Below, in pieces: positions 1-18,167 of a stretch of DNA of 64,000 nt (positions within the stretch are counted from its first letter, which is position 1; the number at the start of each line of letters is the position of its first letter). This DNA comes from Alphaproteobacteria bacterium (GTDB lineage Bacteria; Pseudomonadota; Alphaproteobacteria; UBA9219), in assembly GCA_028866275.1 (NCBI GenBank), contig JAGWIK010000008.1, positions 10,707 to 74,706 on the forward strand, in the 5' to 3' direction. The notes under the pieces were generated by a model that had not been told where the DNA came from, made no database searches, and saw only the letters and a program-made list of their open reading frames with translations. The position numbers were made by a program, and so were the translations under genes.

Positions 1-1283
1 TGTGGGATGGCGAGGAAGAAGCGCGCTGGGTCGGCGATGAAATCGAAAGCCTGCAACGCGCGCGCGTGCCGTTGAACGAAATCGCGGTAATGGTGCGCGC
101 GGGGTTTCAGACGCGTGCGTTTGAAGAGCGTTTTATCCAGTTGGGCATCCCCTATCGCGTGCTGGTCGGGGCGCGGTTTTACGAACGCGCCGAAATCCGC
201 GACGCCATGGCGTATTTCCGTTTGCTGGCGGGGCCCGAAGACGATCTGGCCTTCGAACGCATCGTCAATTTGCCCAAACGCGGCGTCGGCCCCGCTGCCG
301 TTCAGCAATTGCAGGTTTTTGCGCGGGCGCAACGCATATCCTTGATGGAATCTACGGCGCGGCTGGTCGAGACCGACGAGCTAAAGCCGAAATTGCGCCA
401 GACCTTGCGCGATTTTGTTGAAAATTTCGCGCGCTGGCGCGGCGCATTGGAACAATTGCCGCATCACGAGGTGGCGCAGATCATTCTCGACGACTCCGGC
501 TATACCGGCATGTGGCAGGCCGACAAATCGCCCGAAGCGCCGGGGCGATTGGACAATCTGAAAGAGCTTGTCAACGCGATGGCGGAATTTGATACGCTGC
601 CCGCGTTTTTGGAACATGTCTCGCTGGTGATGGAGGCGACGACGAACGCGGAAGGCGAACAAGTCAGTTTAATGACGCTGCACGGGGCCAAGGGATTGGA
701 ATTCGACATTGTGTTTTTGCCGGGGTGGGAGGAGGAAATTTTTCCCAGCCGTCGATCGATCGATGAAAATGGCACGGCGGGGCTGGAGGAAGAACGGCGT
801 TTGGCCTATGTCGGCATCACGCGCGCCAAGAAACGCGCTTTTATTTCGCATGTCGCCAATCGCCTGTTATACGGCAGTTGGGTCAATGCCTTGCCGTCGC
901 GCTTTCTGGAAGAACTGCCGGATCCGCATGTGCGTCGGGAATCGACCATCGGCGCCGGCGCGGGGTCGGGCATGCGCTTCGGCGGCGGCAGAAATCGCGA
1001 TGAGGATGGTGATCGTCCGCCGCCTTTATGGCAGCAAATCCGCGCCGGTCATTATGGCGCGGGGCAGGGTACAAGCCGTCAGGCACCGCGCCAGATCGAA
1101 GGCCGCGCGACGCCGGTAGCCCCCGCGCGTCGCGAAGGCGAACCCAATATCGGCGACCGCGTCGTGCATGAAAAATTCGGGGCCGGCACCGTGCGCCGCG
1201 TCGAGGGTGACAAGCTGGAGGTTGCTTTCGACAAGAAGGGCTTGCTAAAAGTGATGGCGGGGTTCGTGCGGCTGGCGGGATAG
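1..1283 (+). CDS. uvrD: ATP-dependent DNA helicase UvrD/PcrA, 5'-truncated by the window edge
   Basis: SF1 motifs MTLHGAKGLEF and EEERRLAYVGITRAK, plus C-terminal Tudor-like GDRVVHEKFGAGTV; the frame appears open back to the window start. Confidence 0.93.
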   Translation, partial: WDGEEEARWVGDEIESLQRARVPLNEIAVMVRAGFQTRAFEERFIQLGIPYRVLVGARFYERAEIRDAMAYFRLLAGPEDDLAFERIVNLPKRGVGPAAVQQLQVFARAQRISLMESTARLVETDELKPKLRQTLRDFVENFARWRGALEQLPHHEVAQIILDDSGYTGMWQADKSPEAPGRLDNLKELVNAMAEFDTLPAFLEHVSLVMEATTNAEGEQVSLMTLHGAKGLEFDIVFLPGWEEEIFPSRRSIDENGTAGLEEERRLAYVGITRAKKRAFISHVANRLLYGSWVNALPSRFLEELPDPHVRRESTIGAGAGSGMRFGGGRNRDEDGDRPPPLWQQIRAGHYGAGQGTSRQAPRQIEGRATPVAPARREGEPNIGDRVVHEKFGAGTVRRVEGDKLEVAFDKKGLLKVMAGFVRLAG

Positions 1284-1339
1284 GCAAGGCCTGCGGGTTA
1301 TTGTTATTAACATATTGGTTGATAATGATAAATTTCCTC

Positions 1340-1368
1340 TTGCAATCATGCCCTTGCCCCGCCATATT
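1340..1368 (+). promoter_or_regulatory. putative sigma70 promoter for rpoBC
   Basis: TTGCAA-17 nt-CATATT in the AT-rich uvrD-rpoB spacer. Confidence 0.4.
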
Positions 1369-1475
1369 GCCCCGACAATTTGCTTGAAAAGCAGGCCTGC
1401 TCAACGAACCGGGAAAACTTACCGTGTCGTCGTGCGGTTTTGTTTGCTTTTCAGATATATAAACGAGGGGAAAGC

Positions 1476-5762
<4,287 letters not shown>

Positions 5763-5798
5763 AACATCGATTGAACGCTTCAACGTTTGCGGAGATAA

Positions 5799-9968
<4,170 letters not shown>

Positions 9969-9994
9969 CCGCCATATCTTTGGGCGAAGAAATC

Positions 9995-10029
9995 ACCCCG
10001 TTCCGGTTGCCGGAACGGGGTTTTTCTTT
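9995..10029 (+). terminator. rho-independent terminator of rpoBC
   Basis: CCCCGTTCCGG-TTG-CCGGAACGGGG hairpin followed by TTTTTCTTT. Confidence 0.9.
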
Positions 10030-10080
10030 GCCAGAATTTCATGCTATCAATGGCGGGAAACCATTCAGGGAATGCAAGAC

Positions 10081-12759
10081 ATGACCAAAACGCTGGCCGA
10101 TATTCGTTCGACTTTCACCGGTTATTTTGTGGGCAAGGGCCATACCCATGTCGAATCCAGCCCCCTCGTGCCGCGCAACGACCCGACCCTGATGTTCACC
10201 AATTCGGGCATGGTGCAATTCAAGAATGTTTTTACCGGCGCGGAACATCGCCCTTACACGCGCGCCACCACGGCGCAGAAATCGGTGCGCGCGGGCGGCA
10301 AGCATAATGATCTGGAAAATGTCGGCTACACCGCGCGGCACCATACTTTTTTCGAAATGCTCGGCAATTTTTCCTTCGGCGATTATTTCAAAGCCGAAGC
10401 TATCGAATTCGCATGGGAACTGATCACCAAACATTTTGGATTGAACAAGGAAAAGCTTCTGGTCACCGTGTATCACGAAGATGAAGAAGCGGCGGCGTTA
10501 TGGAAGAAAATAGCCGGTTTTCCCGACAGTAAAATTTTGCGCATTAAAACGAACGACAATTTCTGGCGTATGGGTGATGTCGGCCCGTGCGGCCCTTGCA
10601 CCGAAATTTTCATCGATCAGGGCGACAAATTACAGGGCGGCCCGCCGGGCAGCCCGGACGAGGATGGCGACCGTTTTCTGGAATTCTGGAATCTCGTCTT
10701 CATGCAGTTTGAAGAACAGCCGGGCGGCGGGCGCATCAAACTGCCCAAGCCGTCGGTCGACACCGGCATGGGGCTGGAACGCATGGCGGCCGTCATGCAG
10801 GGCGTTACGTCGAACTATGACATCGATTTATTCCGCGCCCTGATCGCCGCGATCGCCGATTTGGTGAGCGTTAACCCCGAAGGCCCGCAAAAACCGTCAT
10901 TCCGCGTCATTGCCGACCATTTGCGCGCGACCGCGTTCCTGATCGCCGACGGTGTGTTGCCGAGCAACGAAGGCCGCGGTTACGTTCTGCGCCGCATCAT
11001 GCGCCGCGCCATGCGTCATGCCCATTTGCTGGGCGCGCGCGAACCCGTGATTTATCGCCTTGTGCCCGAACTGGTCAAACAGATGGGCGCAGCCTATCCG
11101 GAATTGGGCCGCGCGCAGGCGTTGATTACCGAAACGCTGAAGCTGGAAGAAACGCGGTTTAAATCAATGCTCGATCGCGGACTGAAACTGCTCGACGAAG
11201 AAAGCGGCAAGATCACCGGCGACGGCGCGTTGCCCGGCGAAATTGCCTTCAAGCTTTACGACACTTTCGGGTTTCCCCTGGATTTGACGCAGGACGTTTT
11301 GCGCGGACAGGGCAAGAAAGTCGACGCCGCGGGTTTTGAAGCCGCGATGCAGAAACAGCGTGAAACCGCCCGCGCGGCATGGGCGGGATCGGGCGAAACC
11401 GGCACGGCCAGAATCTGGTTCGAATTGCGCGATAAACTTGGCGCGACAGAATTTCTGGGCTACAGCACGGAAAAAGCCGAAGGGCAAGTGACAGCCTTGG
11501 TCAAAAACGGCGCGGAAGCGGCGGAAGCCAGGCAGGGCGACGCCGTGATGGTGATTGTGAATCAAACCCCGTTTTACGGCGAATCCGGCGGGCAAAAAGG
11601 CGATATCGGCACCATGACAACGGCATCCGGCGCGGTGATAACCGTGACCGACACGCAAAAAGAAGCCGACGGGCTGTCGGTGCATATCGGCCATGTGACC
11701 AAAGGTACGATCAAAACCGGCGATATGGTGGTGCTGGACGTCGATCATGCGCATCGGTCGGCCCTGCGCGCGCATCATTCCGCCACGCATTTGCTGCATG
11801 AAGCCTTGCGCCGCGAATTGGGCGAGCATGTGTCGCAAAAAGGCTCGCTGGTCGCGCATGACCGGCTGCGTTTCGATTTCACCCAACCGACGCCGATTTC
11901 AGCGGAATCCTTGGCGCGCATCGAAGCGGAAGTCAACGCGCGCATCCGCATGAATGACAGCGTCGAAACCCGTTTGATGTCGCCGCAGGAAGCGACAGAG
12001 CAGGGGGCTATGGCCCTGTTCGGCGAGAAATACGGCGACGAAGTCCGTGTTTTATTCATGGGCGGCCGCGAAGAAAAAGCGGCAAACGGCAAGGAATTCT
12101 TCTCGGTCGAATTATGCGGCGGCACGCATGTGCGCCGCACCGGGGATATCGGCTTGCTGAAAATCACGAGCGAAGGCGCGGTGTCTTCGGGCGTGCGTCG
12201 TATCGAAGCGGTGACGGGCGCGGCGGCGCTGGCGTGGATCGATGAACAGGAAAAAATGCTGCGCGCGGCGTCGGATGCCTTGAAAACGCCTGCCGCGGAA
12301 TTGCCCGTGCGTATTACGCAATTGCTGGAAGACCGTAAAAAATTGGAACGCGAAGTGGCCGATTTGCGCAAACAGGCTGCGTTGGGCGCCTCGGCCAACA
12401 GCAACGATGCGCCGCGCCAGATTGCGGGTATGAATTTCATCAGCCGTGTTTTGGCCGACGTGCCCGCCAAGGATTTGAAGCCGATGGCGGACGCTTTCAA
12501 GGCGCAGGTGAAATCGGGCGTTATTGCGCTGGTCGCGAGTTTCGAAGGCAAGGTTTCGCTGGTCGTCGCCGTGACCGATGATCTGACCAAACGCGTCAGC
12601 GCGGTCGATCTGGTCAAAACAGGCGCGGAACAGGTCGGTGGCAAAGGCGGCGGCGGCCGTCCAGATATGGCGCAGGCCGGCGGCGCGGATGCCGAGGCGA
12701 TGCCTTCGGCAATTGCGGCGATTGAAAAAGCGTTGGAAGGCGCGGCGCAGGCGGCATAG
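10081..12759 (+). CDS. alaS: alanine--tRNA ligase
   Basis: [29 protein letters not shown], editing HSATHLLH / ELCGGTH, C-terminal GGKGGGR; alternative start 10072. Confidence 0.98.
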   Translation: MTKTLADIRSTFTGYFVGKGHTHVESSPLVPRNDPTLMFTNSGMVQFKNVFTGAEHRPYTRATTAQKSVRAGGKHNDLENVGYTARHHTFFEMLGNFSFGDYFKAEAIEFAWELITKHFGLNKEKLLVTVYHEDEEAAALWKKIAGFPDSKILRIKTNDNFWRMGDVGPCGPCTEIFIDQGDKLQGGPPGSPDEDGDRFLEFWNLVFMQFEEQPGGGRIKLPKPSVDTGMGLERMAAVMQGVTSNYDIDLFRALIAAIADLVSVNPEGPQKPSFRVIADHLRATAFLIADGVLPSNEGRGYVLRRIMRRAMRHAHLLGAREPVIYRLVPELVKQMGAAYPELGRAQALITETLKLEETRFKSMLDRGLKLLDEESGKITGDGALPGEIAFKLYDTFGFPLDLTQDVLRGQGKKVDAAGFEAAMQKQRETARAAWAGSGETGTARIWFELRDKLGATEFLGYSTEKAEGQVTALVKNGAEAAEARQGDAVMVIVNQTPFYGESGGQKGDIGTMTTASGAVITVTDTQKEADGLSVHIGHVTKGTIKTGDMVVLDVDHAHRSALRAHHSATHLLHEALRRELGEHVSQKGSLVAHDRLRFDFTQPTPISAESLARIEAEVNARIRMNDSVETRLMSPQEATEQGAMALFGEKYGDEVRVLFMGGREEKAANGKEFFSVELCGGTHVRRTGDIGLLKITSEGAVSSGVRRIEAVTGAAALAWIDEQEKMLRAASDALKTPAAELPVRITQLLEDRKKLEREVADLRKQAALGASANSNDAPRQIAGMNFISRVLADVPAKDLKPMADAFKAQVKSGVIALVASFEGKVSLVVAVTDDLTKRVSAVDLVKTGAEQVGGKGGGGRPDMAQAGGADAEAMPSAIAAIEKALEGAAQAA

Positions 12760-12760
12760 T

Positions 12761-13813
12761 TTACGCCACCGGAACCCACAAAACATCGTCGATATTTTCC
12801 GTGCCCGCGCACAGCATGACAAGCCGGTCGAAGCCCAGCGCGATGCCCGCGCTGTCGGGCATGCCGTGGTGCAGGGCGGCGATAAAATCGGCGTCGACGG
12901 GGTAACGTTCGCCGTACAGTTTTTCTTTTTCATCCATATCGGCGGCGAAACGCCGCGCTTGTTCACCGGCATCCGTCAATTCGTCAAACGCATTGGCGAT
13001 TTCATAACCGCAGATATAAAGTTCGAACCGTTCGGCCAGCCGCGCGTCGCCGCGCTTGGGCCGCGCCAGCGCCGCCATATGCACGGGATAATCGCACAGA
13101 AAGACAGGATGTTTGTCGCCCAGACGCGGTTCGATATGTTCGCCCAACGCGCGGAAAAACAAATCATCCCATGTGTCGGATTCCGTAGCGCGGATATTGT
13201 TCGCCGTCATTTGTGCGCGCAACGCCGCCGTGTCGCCAATGGTCGCCATTAAATCTATATTTGCATAACGCCGGAACGCATCGGATACGGTAAGGCTTTC
13301 CCATGCGCCAAAGGGATCGCATGACAGGCCTTGCGCCGTAAAATTTGTCACGCCGCATGCCGCCGCCGCTGCGCGTACCAGCGCCACGCAATCTTGCATG
13401 ATGTCAGGCAGGCCCGCGCCCGCGCGATACCATTCCAGCATGGAAAATTCGGGGTGATGCCGCGACGACCGTTCGCCGTTACGGAATGCGCGTGCAATTT
13501 GGAATATTTTGGGCATGCCCGCCACCAGCAATTTCTTCATCGCAAATTCTGGGCTGGTATGCAGGTAATAATCGCGGCTGTCACGGGTCAAGTAGTCGGT
13601 GAATTGCGTTTTGAAAGCATGCAGATGGGTTTCGTTGCCGGGCGATACTTGCAACGCGGGCGTTTCGACTTCGGCAAAGCCTTGAGATTCAAAATAGCCG
13701 CGCACGGCACGCAACGCATGTTGCCGTTTATCAAGCATGGGCCGCCGCCGCGCGAATTGATCGGGCCGCCACCAAGGCGATGGGTTCAATGTTTCTGTCA
13801 TTTGGGTCATCAA
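12761..13813 (-). CDS. epmA: EF-P lysine aminoacylase EpmA/GenX
   Basis: LHTSPEFAMKKLL, FRNGE..SRHHPEFSMLEWY, GIALGFDRL; LysRS-like catalytic domain without the anticodon domain. Confidence 0.92.
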   Translation of the reverse strand: MMTQMTETLNPSPWWRPDQFARRRPMLDKRQHALRAVRGYFESQGFAEVETPALQVSPGNETHLHAFKTQFTDYLTRDSRDYYLHTSPEFAMKKLLVAGMPKIFQIARAFRNGERSSRHHPEFSMLEWYRAGAGLPDIMQDCVALVRAAAAACGVTNFTAQGLSCDPFGAWESLTVSDAFRRYANIDLMATIGDTAALRAQMTANNIRATESDTWDDLFFRALGEHIEPRLGDKHPVFLCDYPVHMAALARPKRGDARLAERFELYICGYEIANAFDELTDAGEQARRFAADMDEKEKLYGERYPVDADFIAALHHGMPDSAGIALGFDRLVMLCAGTENIDDVLWVPVA

Positions 13814-13870
13814 CCTGTAAATGCGGCAAAAATTATCGCCTGCGGCCCTGATTTATGCTACGAAAAACGC

Positions 13871-14521
13871 ATGACAACCGCGAAAAAACTTCGCCCGGCC
13901 AACGACCTGCATCCGCGGGCGTCGCGGCCTATGTCCTATGTCGCCCTGCCGCGTGCGCGTCGGCCTGTGGCGCATTGGGCGGCGACAGGGATTCTGGTGG
14001 TCGCAGCGGTAAGCGTCGGCGTTTTTTTTGCCCTGATGCCGCACCCGGTCTTGCGGCAACAACCCGCTATTCATGTCGCGCTTGCCAATTCGGTGGTTCG
14101 CCCTGAGGTTCCGGAAGATATTACGGTCGACGGTGCACCGCCGGAATCCGCCGCGCCGGACATTCAACAAACGGAAACACCGCCGTCTTTACCGCAAGAC
14201 GCACATGTTACAGTTCAGGTCGACAATGATGGGCAAGACGCGGCGCAATTGGCGCGGCAGGCCGAACGGCTGCAGCACGACGGCGATGCTCGTCAGGCAA
14301 TGGTTGTGATGCGCCGCGCCGCCGCGCAAGACCCCGATAACATGATGTACCGCCTGCGTTTGGCCATAATGTATGACGGCGCCGGTGACCGTGACGGTGC
14401 AGCCCGCCTTTATCACGAAGTGCTGCGGGCCTATGACGATGACAGCGCGGTTTTTCCGGCCTCTGTCGATATTGATGCCATTCGTCGTCGCGCCGATTAT
14501 TTATCGGTTAACGCGCCGTAA
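13871..14521 (+). CDS. membrane-anchored TPR protein
   Basis: single hydrophobic segment, Pro-rich linker, TPR-like C-terminus (AAAQDPDNMMYRLRLAIMYD..GDRDGAARLY). Confidence 0.6.
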   Translation: MTTAKKLRPANDLHPRASRPMSYVALPRARRPVAHWAATGILVVAAVSVGVFFALMPHPVLRQQPAIHVALANSVVRPEVPEDITVDGAPPESAAPDIQQTETPPSLPQDAHVTVQVDNDGQDAAQLARQAERLQHDGDARQAMVVMRRAAAQDPDNMMYRLRLAIMYDGAGDRDGAARLYHEVLRAYDDDSAVFPASVDIDAIRRRADYLSVNAP

Positions 14522-14885
14522 TCTGTCCCGTGGCAATTTGATAGGTTTCGCCGTCGCGCAATGTGATGTCGCGTTCGTCGCCGTTATCGTCGCGCCACAA
14601 TAATTCTGCGCTGGCGGGGGTGACGTCGAGAATTTTCAGGCCATCTTCATGCGTTTGCGGCGTCCAGCGTTTGTGTTGCAGCCATAATGTCCAATCATTC
14701 CTGTCGTAATAGATGATCGCGCCCAGATGAATGCCCGCCGCGCCCGCGGGCAGGCTTTGATCCGCAAGTTTTTCGGCATCACGCGTTTGTTGCGGCGACA
14801 AGAAGAGCGATTGTTGCGGCATATCGTCCGCCGCCGCGGGCAGGGCATAAAACAGGATGACAAACGCCAGCGCGAAATATTTCAT
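14508..14885 (-). CDS. small exported protein of the pilus/T2SS operon
   Basis: signal peptide MKYFALAFVILFYALPAAA; ATGA overlap with the upstream gene. Confidence 0.65.
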   Translation of the reverse strand: MKYFALAFVILFYALPAAADDMPQQSLFLSPQQTRDAEKLADQSLPAGAAGIHLGAIIYYDRNDWTLWLQHKRWTPQTHEDGLKILDVTPASAELLWRDDNGDERDITLRDGETYQIATGQITAR

Positions 14886-15490
14886 GGGGCCGCGCCTCCG
14901 ACCAGATTCTTGGGCGCGCCATTCGACAGCCATACGCCATTGATTGCCAGATGAATGTTCGTGGCGGCGGCCGGGGCGTCGGGCGAAACGATGCGCGTGA
15001 TCGACATATGGCGCAACGTAAAACGTCCCGGAAAAGCCGTATGCATCAGGTTCAGGAATGTATAGGCGTCAAGATCGGTCGGCGCATCGGCATTGAGCGT
15101 TAATTGGCTGGTGGTAAAATCTTGCACCCCCGCGCCGATTGTCTCGATCGGCGTTTTCGTTTCCGGCGACAATGTATAGGTAACGTTTGATAATCTGGAT
15201 TCGGCCGCGCGATGTTCAAGGATCTTCATCGCCTGTAATCGGTCGATGGGGGCGAGAAATTTGGCCGTTTCCGCCTTGTCTATTTCGCTTTGCAGTTTTT
15301 TCGTCAGAGCTATGTCGCTTTTCAGTTGCGCGACCGCCTGCATCGCTTTGGTGTTTTCTTTGGTGACTGCGGACAGATGCGCCGCGGCCTTGTTCTTCGC
15401 ATAATGCAACAATGGCGCATTGACGGCGGCCAGCGTCAATGCCGCTATCATTATGCCGAGCCATAAACGATGTGCGCGCCAATCGATCAT
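14882..15490 (-). CDS. bitopic inner-membrane platform protein (PilO/GspM-like)
   Basis: N-terminal TM plus coiled coil; translationally coupled within the operon; family inferred from position. Confidence 0.55.
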   Translation of the reverse strand: MIDWRAHRLWLGIMIAALTLAAVNAPLLHYAKNKAAAHLSAVTKENTKAMQAVAQLKSDIALTKKLQSEIDKAETAKFLAPIDRLQAMKILEHRAAESRLSNVTYTLSPETKTPIETIGAGVQDFTTSQLTLNADAPTDLDAYTFLNLMHTAFPGRFTLRHMSITRIVSPDAPAAATNIHLAINGVWLSNGAPKNLVGGAAP

Positions 15491-16947
15491 GGTGTTTTTG
15501 CCTTCAGGATCATTTCGCCTGTCGGGTCTTGATGCGGGGCATCCCGCGTCGTCGTCACCGCTTGCTGTGGCAAATCGGGGTAGGGGGTGCGCGCGACGGT
15601 CGCTTCGTAATCCGGCATAGCGTGTGCGATTTTTTGCGTCGCTGCGGTGAAATCCGCAACGCTTTGTGCGCGATCCTGCGGTGCGGCAGGCACGGCCAGA
15701 TCAACGGTGAAGCTTTCCGGCTTGTCGTCGCCTGCATCCCATTCAATGCCCATGACTGAAATATCCGAACCAAGACCCTGTGCCAGCTCGTCAAGCCCGT
15801 GCCACGGCATGGGCGTCGGTTGGTCATAAATGCGACGTCGTTCGATGGCCTGCCGTAACTGGCCCAGCGGGGCCGTTAATGGCGCGGCGCTGGCTTGCAT
15901 GCGCGCCAGATCGGCCTGATTTTTTGCCAGCATATGTTCTTGCCGGCGACCGGCGGCAATATCTGATACAATCGAATTTGCTGCCCAAACGGTTTGGATC
16001 GTTGCCAAAAACAGAAAAATGATGGCAACGCGCAATCCCCATTTTTTGATCGTTTCTGTTCGTAGAGCCTGTTTTGTGTGGGGCAGCATCAGAGGCAAAA
16101 CAGGCTTTCGCGCCGCCAGCGCGGCGGCAAACAATAAATCGCCGCAATCATCCTCGGGCGCGGGGGCAAAGGGCAGGGCAAGCCTTTGTGCTGCCTTGAA
16201 CGGCGATAAAGACGCGATAGATTTCAACCCCAGATCCATAAAATCCTGATGCAGGTGATCGATCCCCGTCATTAACAACAGCACGGACAAATCTGTCGCA
16301 TGACGCAGCCCATGCCGCGACAGGTAATCAAGGCTGGCCTTGATATCCCGTGTGATGATGACGGCCGCATCATCATGCGGCGCGGGCAGGGGCGTCAGGC
16401 GGGTAAAAATTAAATCGCCTTTATGCGTTACAATCTGTCGATAACCGCCGGTCTGATGACGGCTGACGGTCATAACCCATCCTGCCGTCGCTTCGGGCAT
16501 CAGGCTTGCGGCCAACCGCGCCCCTTCGACCGGTAAAAGAGCAATGGAAGGAAACCGCGCATGCAGTTTTTCCGCCCATAAAAATACAGGATTGCCTTCA
16601 TGCAACCCTGCCAGCAAAAATTGATCGTTGGCGGTTTTATGGCGCAGGCTGGCGGTCAGGCGCGCGGCAGGGAAATGCTGGCGCAACCGGCGGCGCAGTA
16701 ATTGGGCGCGGTCGACAGGATTAAGGCGAGGCATGTTGTCGGCGCGATAATCCTGCGCCAGATTGTCGACCAGAAGAGTCAGCTGCGCGGCAGGATGCCG
16801 CGCGATAAAGCTGGTGATTTCCTGCATGCCGTTGCCCACACCGTTTACCGAGGCAAAAAACGGTGCGGGCGCCGGCACGTTATGCGGCACGACGGCGCAA
16901 CCGTCGTCGCCGATCATGATAATGATATGGGGGCGTGTCCCGGTCAT
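15487..16947 (-). CDS. PilM/PilN-like (GspL-like) platform protein
   Basis: cytoplasmic N-domain, one TM, periplasmic coiled coil; ATGA overlap with gspF. Confidence 0.55.
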   Translation of the reverse strand: MTGTRPHIIIMIGDDGCAVVPHNVPAPAPFFASVNGVGNGMQEITSFIARHPAAQLTLLVDNLAQDYRADNMPRLNPVDRAQLLRRRLRQHFPAARLTASLRHKTANDQFLLAGLHEGNPVFLWAEKLHARFPSIALLPVEGARLAASLMPEATAGWVMTVSRHQTGGYRQIVTHKGDLIFTRLTPLPAPHDDAAVIITRDIKASLDYLSRHGLRHATDLSVLLLMTGIDHLHQDFMDLGLKSIASLSPFKAAQRLALPFAPAPEDDCGDLLFAAALAARKPVLPLMLPHTKQALRTETIKKWGLRVAIIFLFLATIQTVWAANSIVSDIAAGRRQEHMLAKNQADLARMQASAAPLTAPLGQLRQAIERRRIYDQPTPMPWHGLDELAQGLGSDISVMGIEWDAGDDKPESFTVDLAVPAAPQDRAQSVADFTAATQKIAHAMPDYEATVARTPYPDLPQQAVTTTRDAPHQDPTGEMILKAKTP

Positions 16948-18167
16948 TGCATGCGTCCGCCAAGGACGGACAGGCTGCCATATAGGGGGCCCATTACCGC
17001 CATAACGGTCCATATCATCACCAACCCTATGGACAAAGTCAGGGCGGGTTCCAATAAACCGATCAGGGCATCGGTTGATTCCTGCGCTTCACGGTCGAAT
17101 ACCGTGGCAATGTCGTCGAGGCTTTTGCCGATATTGCCGCTGCGTTCGCCGGTGCGCAGCAATCCGGCGGCATAAGGCGGGAAAAGACCGGGCAGGCATG
17201 ACGGCAATGCAGCCGACAGGGCCGAACCTTCGACCACGCGTTGTTCGGCGCGGCCCAGCATGAATTCGAGTGCCGCGTTTCCGGTCGTCGCGCGCGCCTG
17301 ACGCAGGCAGTCGGGCGTGGGGCAGCCGTTGCGGAACAACAGGGTAAAATTGTGGATAAATCGCGCCAGCGCGGCTTTGGCGATGATAGGGCCGATGACG
17401 GGCGTGCGCAGCAGCAAGGCATCGAGCCGTAATAGGATTGCGGGCGATAATCGTCGCGCGATGAATATCGTCAGAATACCAAGGCACAGCAGGATGGCAG
17501 CCTGTCCGCCATAATCGGCTGTCGCCGCCGACACGGCAACCAGCGCGCGCGTCGACCACGGCAGATGCGCATCCAGCCCGTCAAGAAATTGAATCATCTT
17601 GGGCACGACGGCGATCAACATAAAAGCCACCGAGCTGCCGGCCACGATGAAAAGAAATAATGGGTAGCGCAGGGCGCGGCGCAGTTTTTCCTGTGTCTGC
17701 GCTTGCCGTGCAATGTCGGCGGCCAGCGCGCCGAACACGGCGTCCATCGCGCCGCTGGCTTCGCCCGCCGCCAAAGTCGCGGTGACGATAGGCGGGAACA
17801 GGCGCGGGCAGGCGGCAAAAGATGCGGCGATGCCGCCGCCGCTGGAAATGGCGCGCGCAATCTGCGTCAGCGCATTAGACAGAATCTCGTTGTCGACAGC
17901 GTGGATCGCGTCATGCATGGCGTCCGGAAATGCGACGCCGGATTGCAGCAAATCCTGCATGCGCGCGCAAAAACCGGCAATGGCGCGCGGCGGCACTTTT
18001 CCGGCAAAAAGCGCGGCGCCTTGACGCGCTTTTTTCTCGCGCGCGTCGATCAGTTCCAGCCCGTTTTCTTTCAACGCGGCGAGCAATTCGTTTTCATTGG
18101 CCGCCGTCATTTCGCCGCGCATGACGCGGCCCGTTTCGTGCACGGCTTTGTAGGCATAAGCCGGCAT
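16944..18167 (-). CDS. type II secretion / type IV pilus F-family protein (GspF/PilC)
   Basis: MPAYAYKA start, GEASG, ALRYP, GERSGNI and LLEP motifs. Confidence 0.9.
   Translation of the reverse strand: MPAYAYKAVHETGRVMRGEMTAANENELLAALKENGLELIDAREKKARQGAALFAGKVPPRAIAGFCARMQDLLQSGVAFPDAMHDAIHAVDNEILSNALTQIARAISSGGGIAASFAACPRLFPPIVTATLAAGEASGAMDAVFGALAADIARQAQTQEKLRRALRYPLFLFIVAGSSVAFMLIAVVPKMIQFLDGLDAHLPWSTRALVAVSAATADYGGQAAILLCLGILTIFIARRLSPAILLRLDALLLRTPVIGPIIAKAALARFIHNFTLLFRNGCPTPDCLRQARATTGNAALEFMLGRAEQRVVEGSALSAALPSCLPGLFPPYAAGLLRTGERSGNIGKSLDDIATVFDREAQESTDALIGLLEPALTLSIGLVMIWTVMAVMGPLYGSLSVLGGRMQ

Noticed and set aside
13331..13870. Upstream 180 codons of the 396-aa ORF
   Set aside because: Antisense overlap with epmA; the plausible protein starts at 13871.
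17351..17359. Perfect DnaA box inside gspF; possible oriC nearby
   Set aside because: Single box within coding sequence, with no box cluster plus unwinding element and no origin-associated genes in the window.
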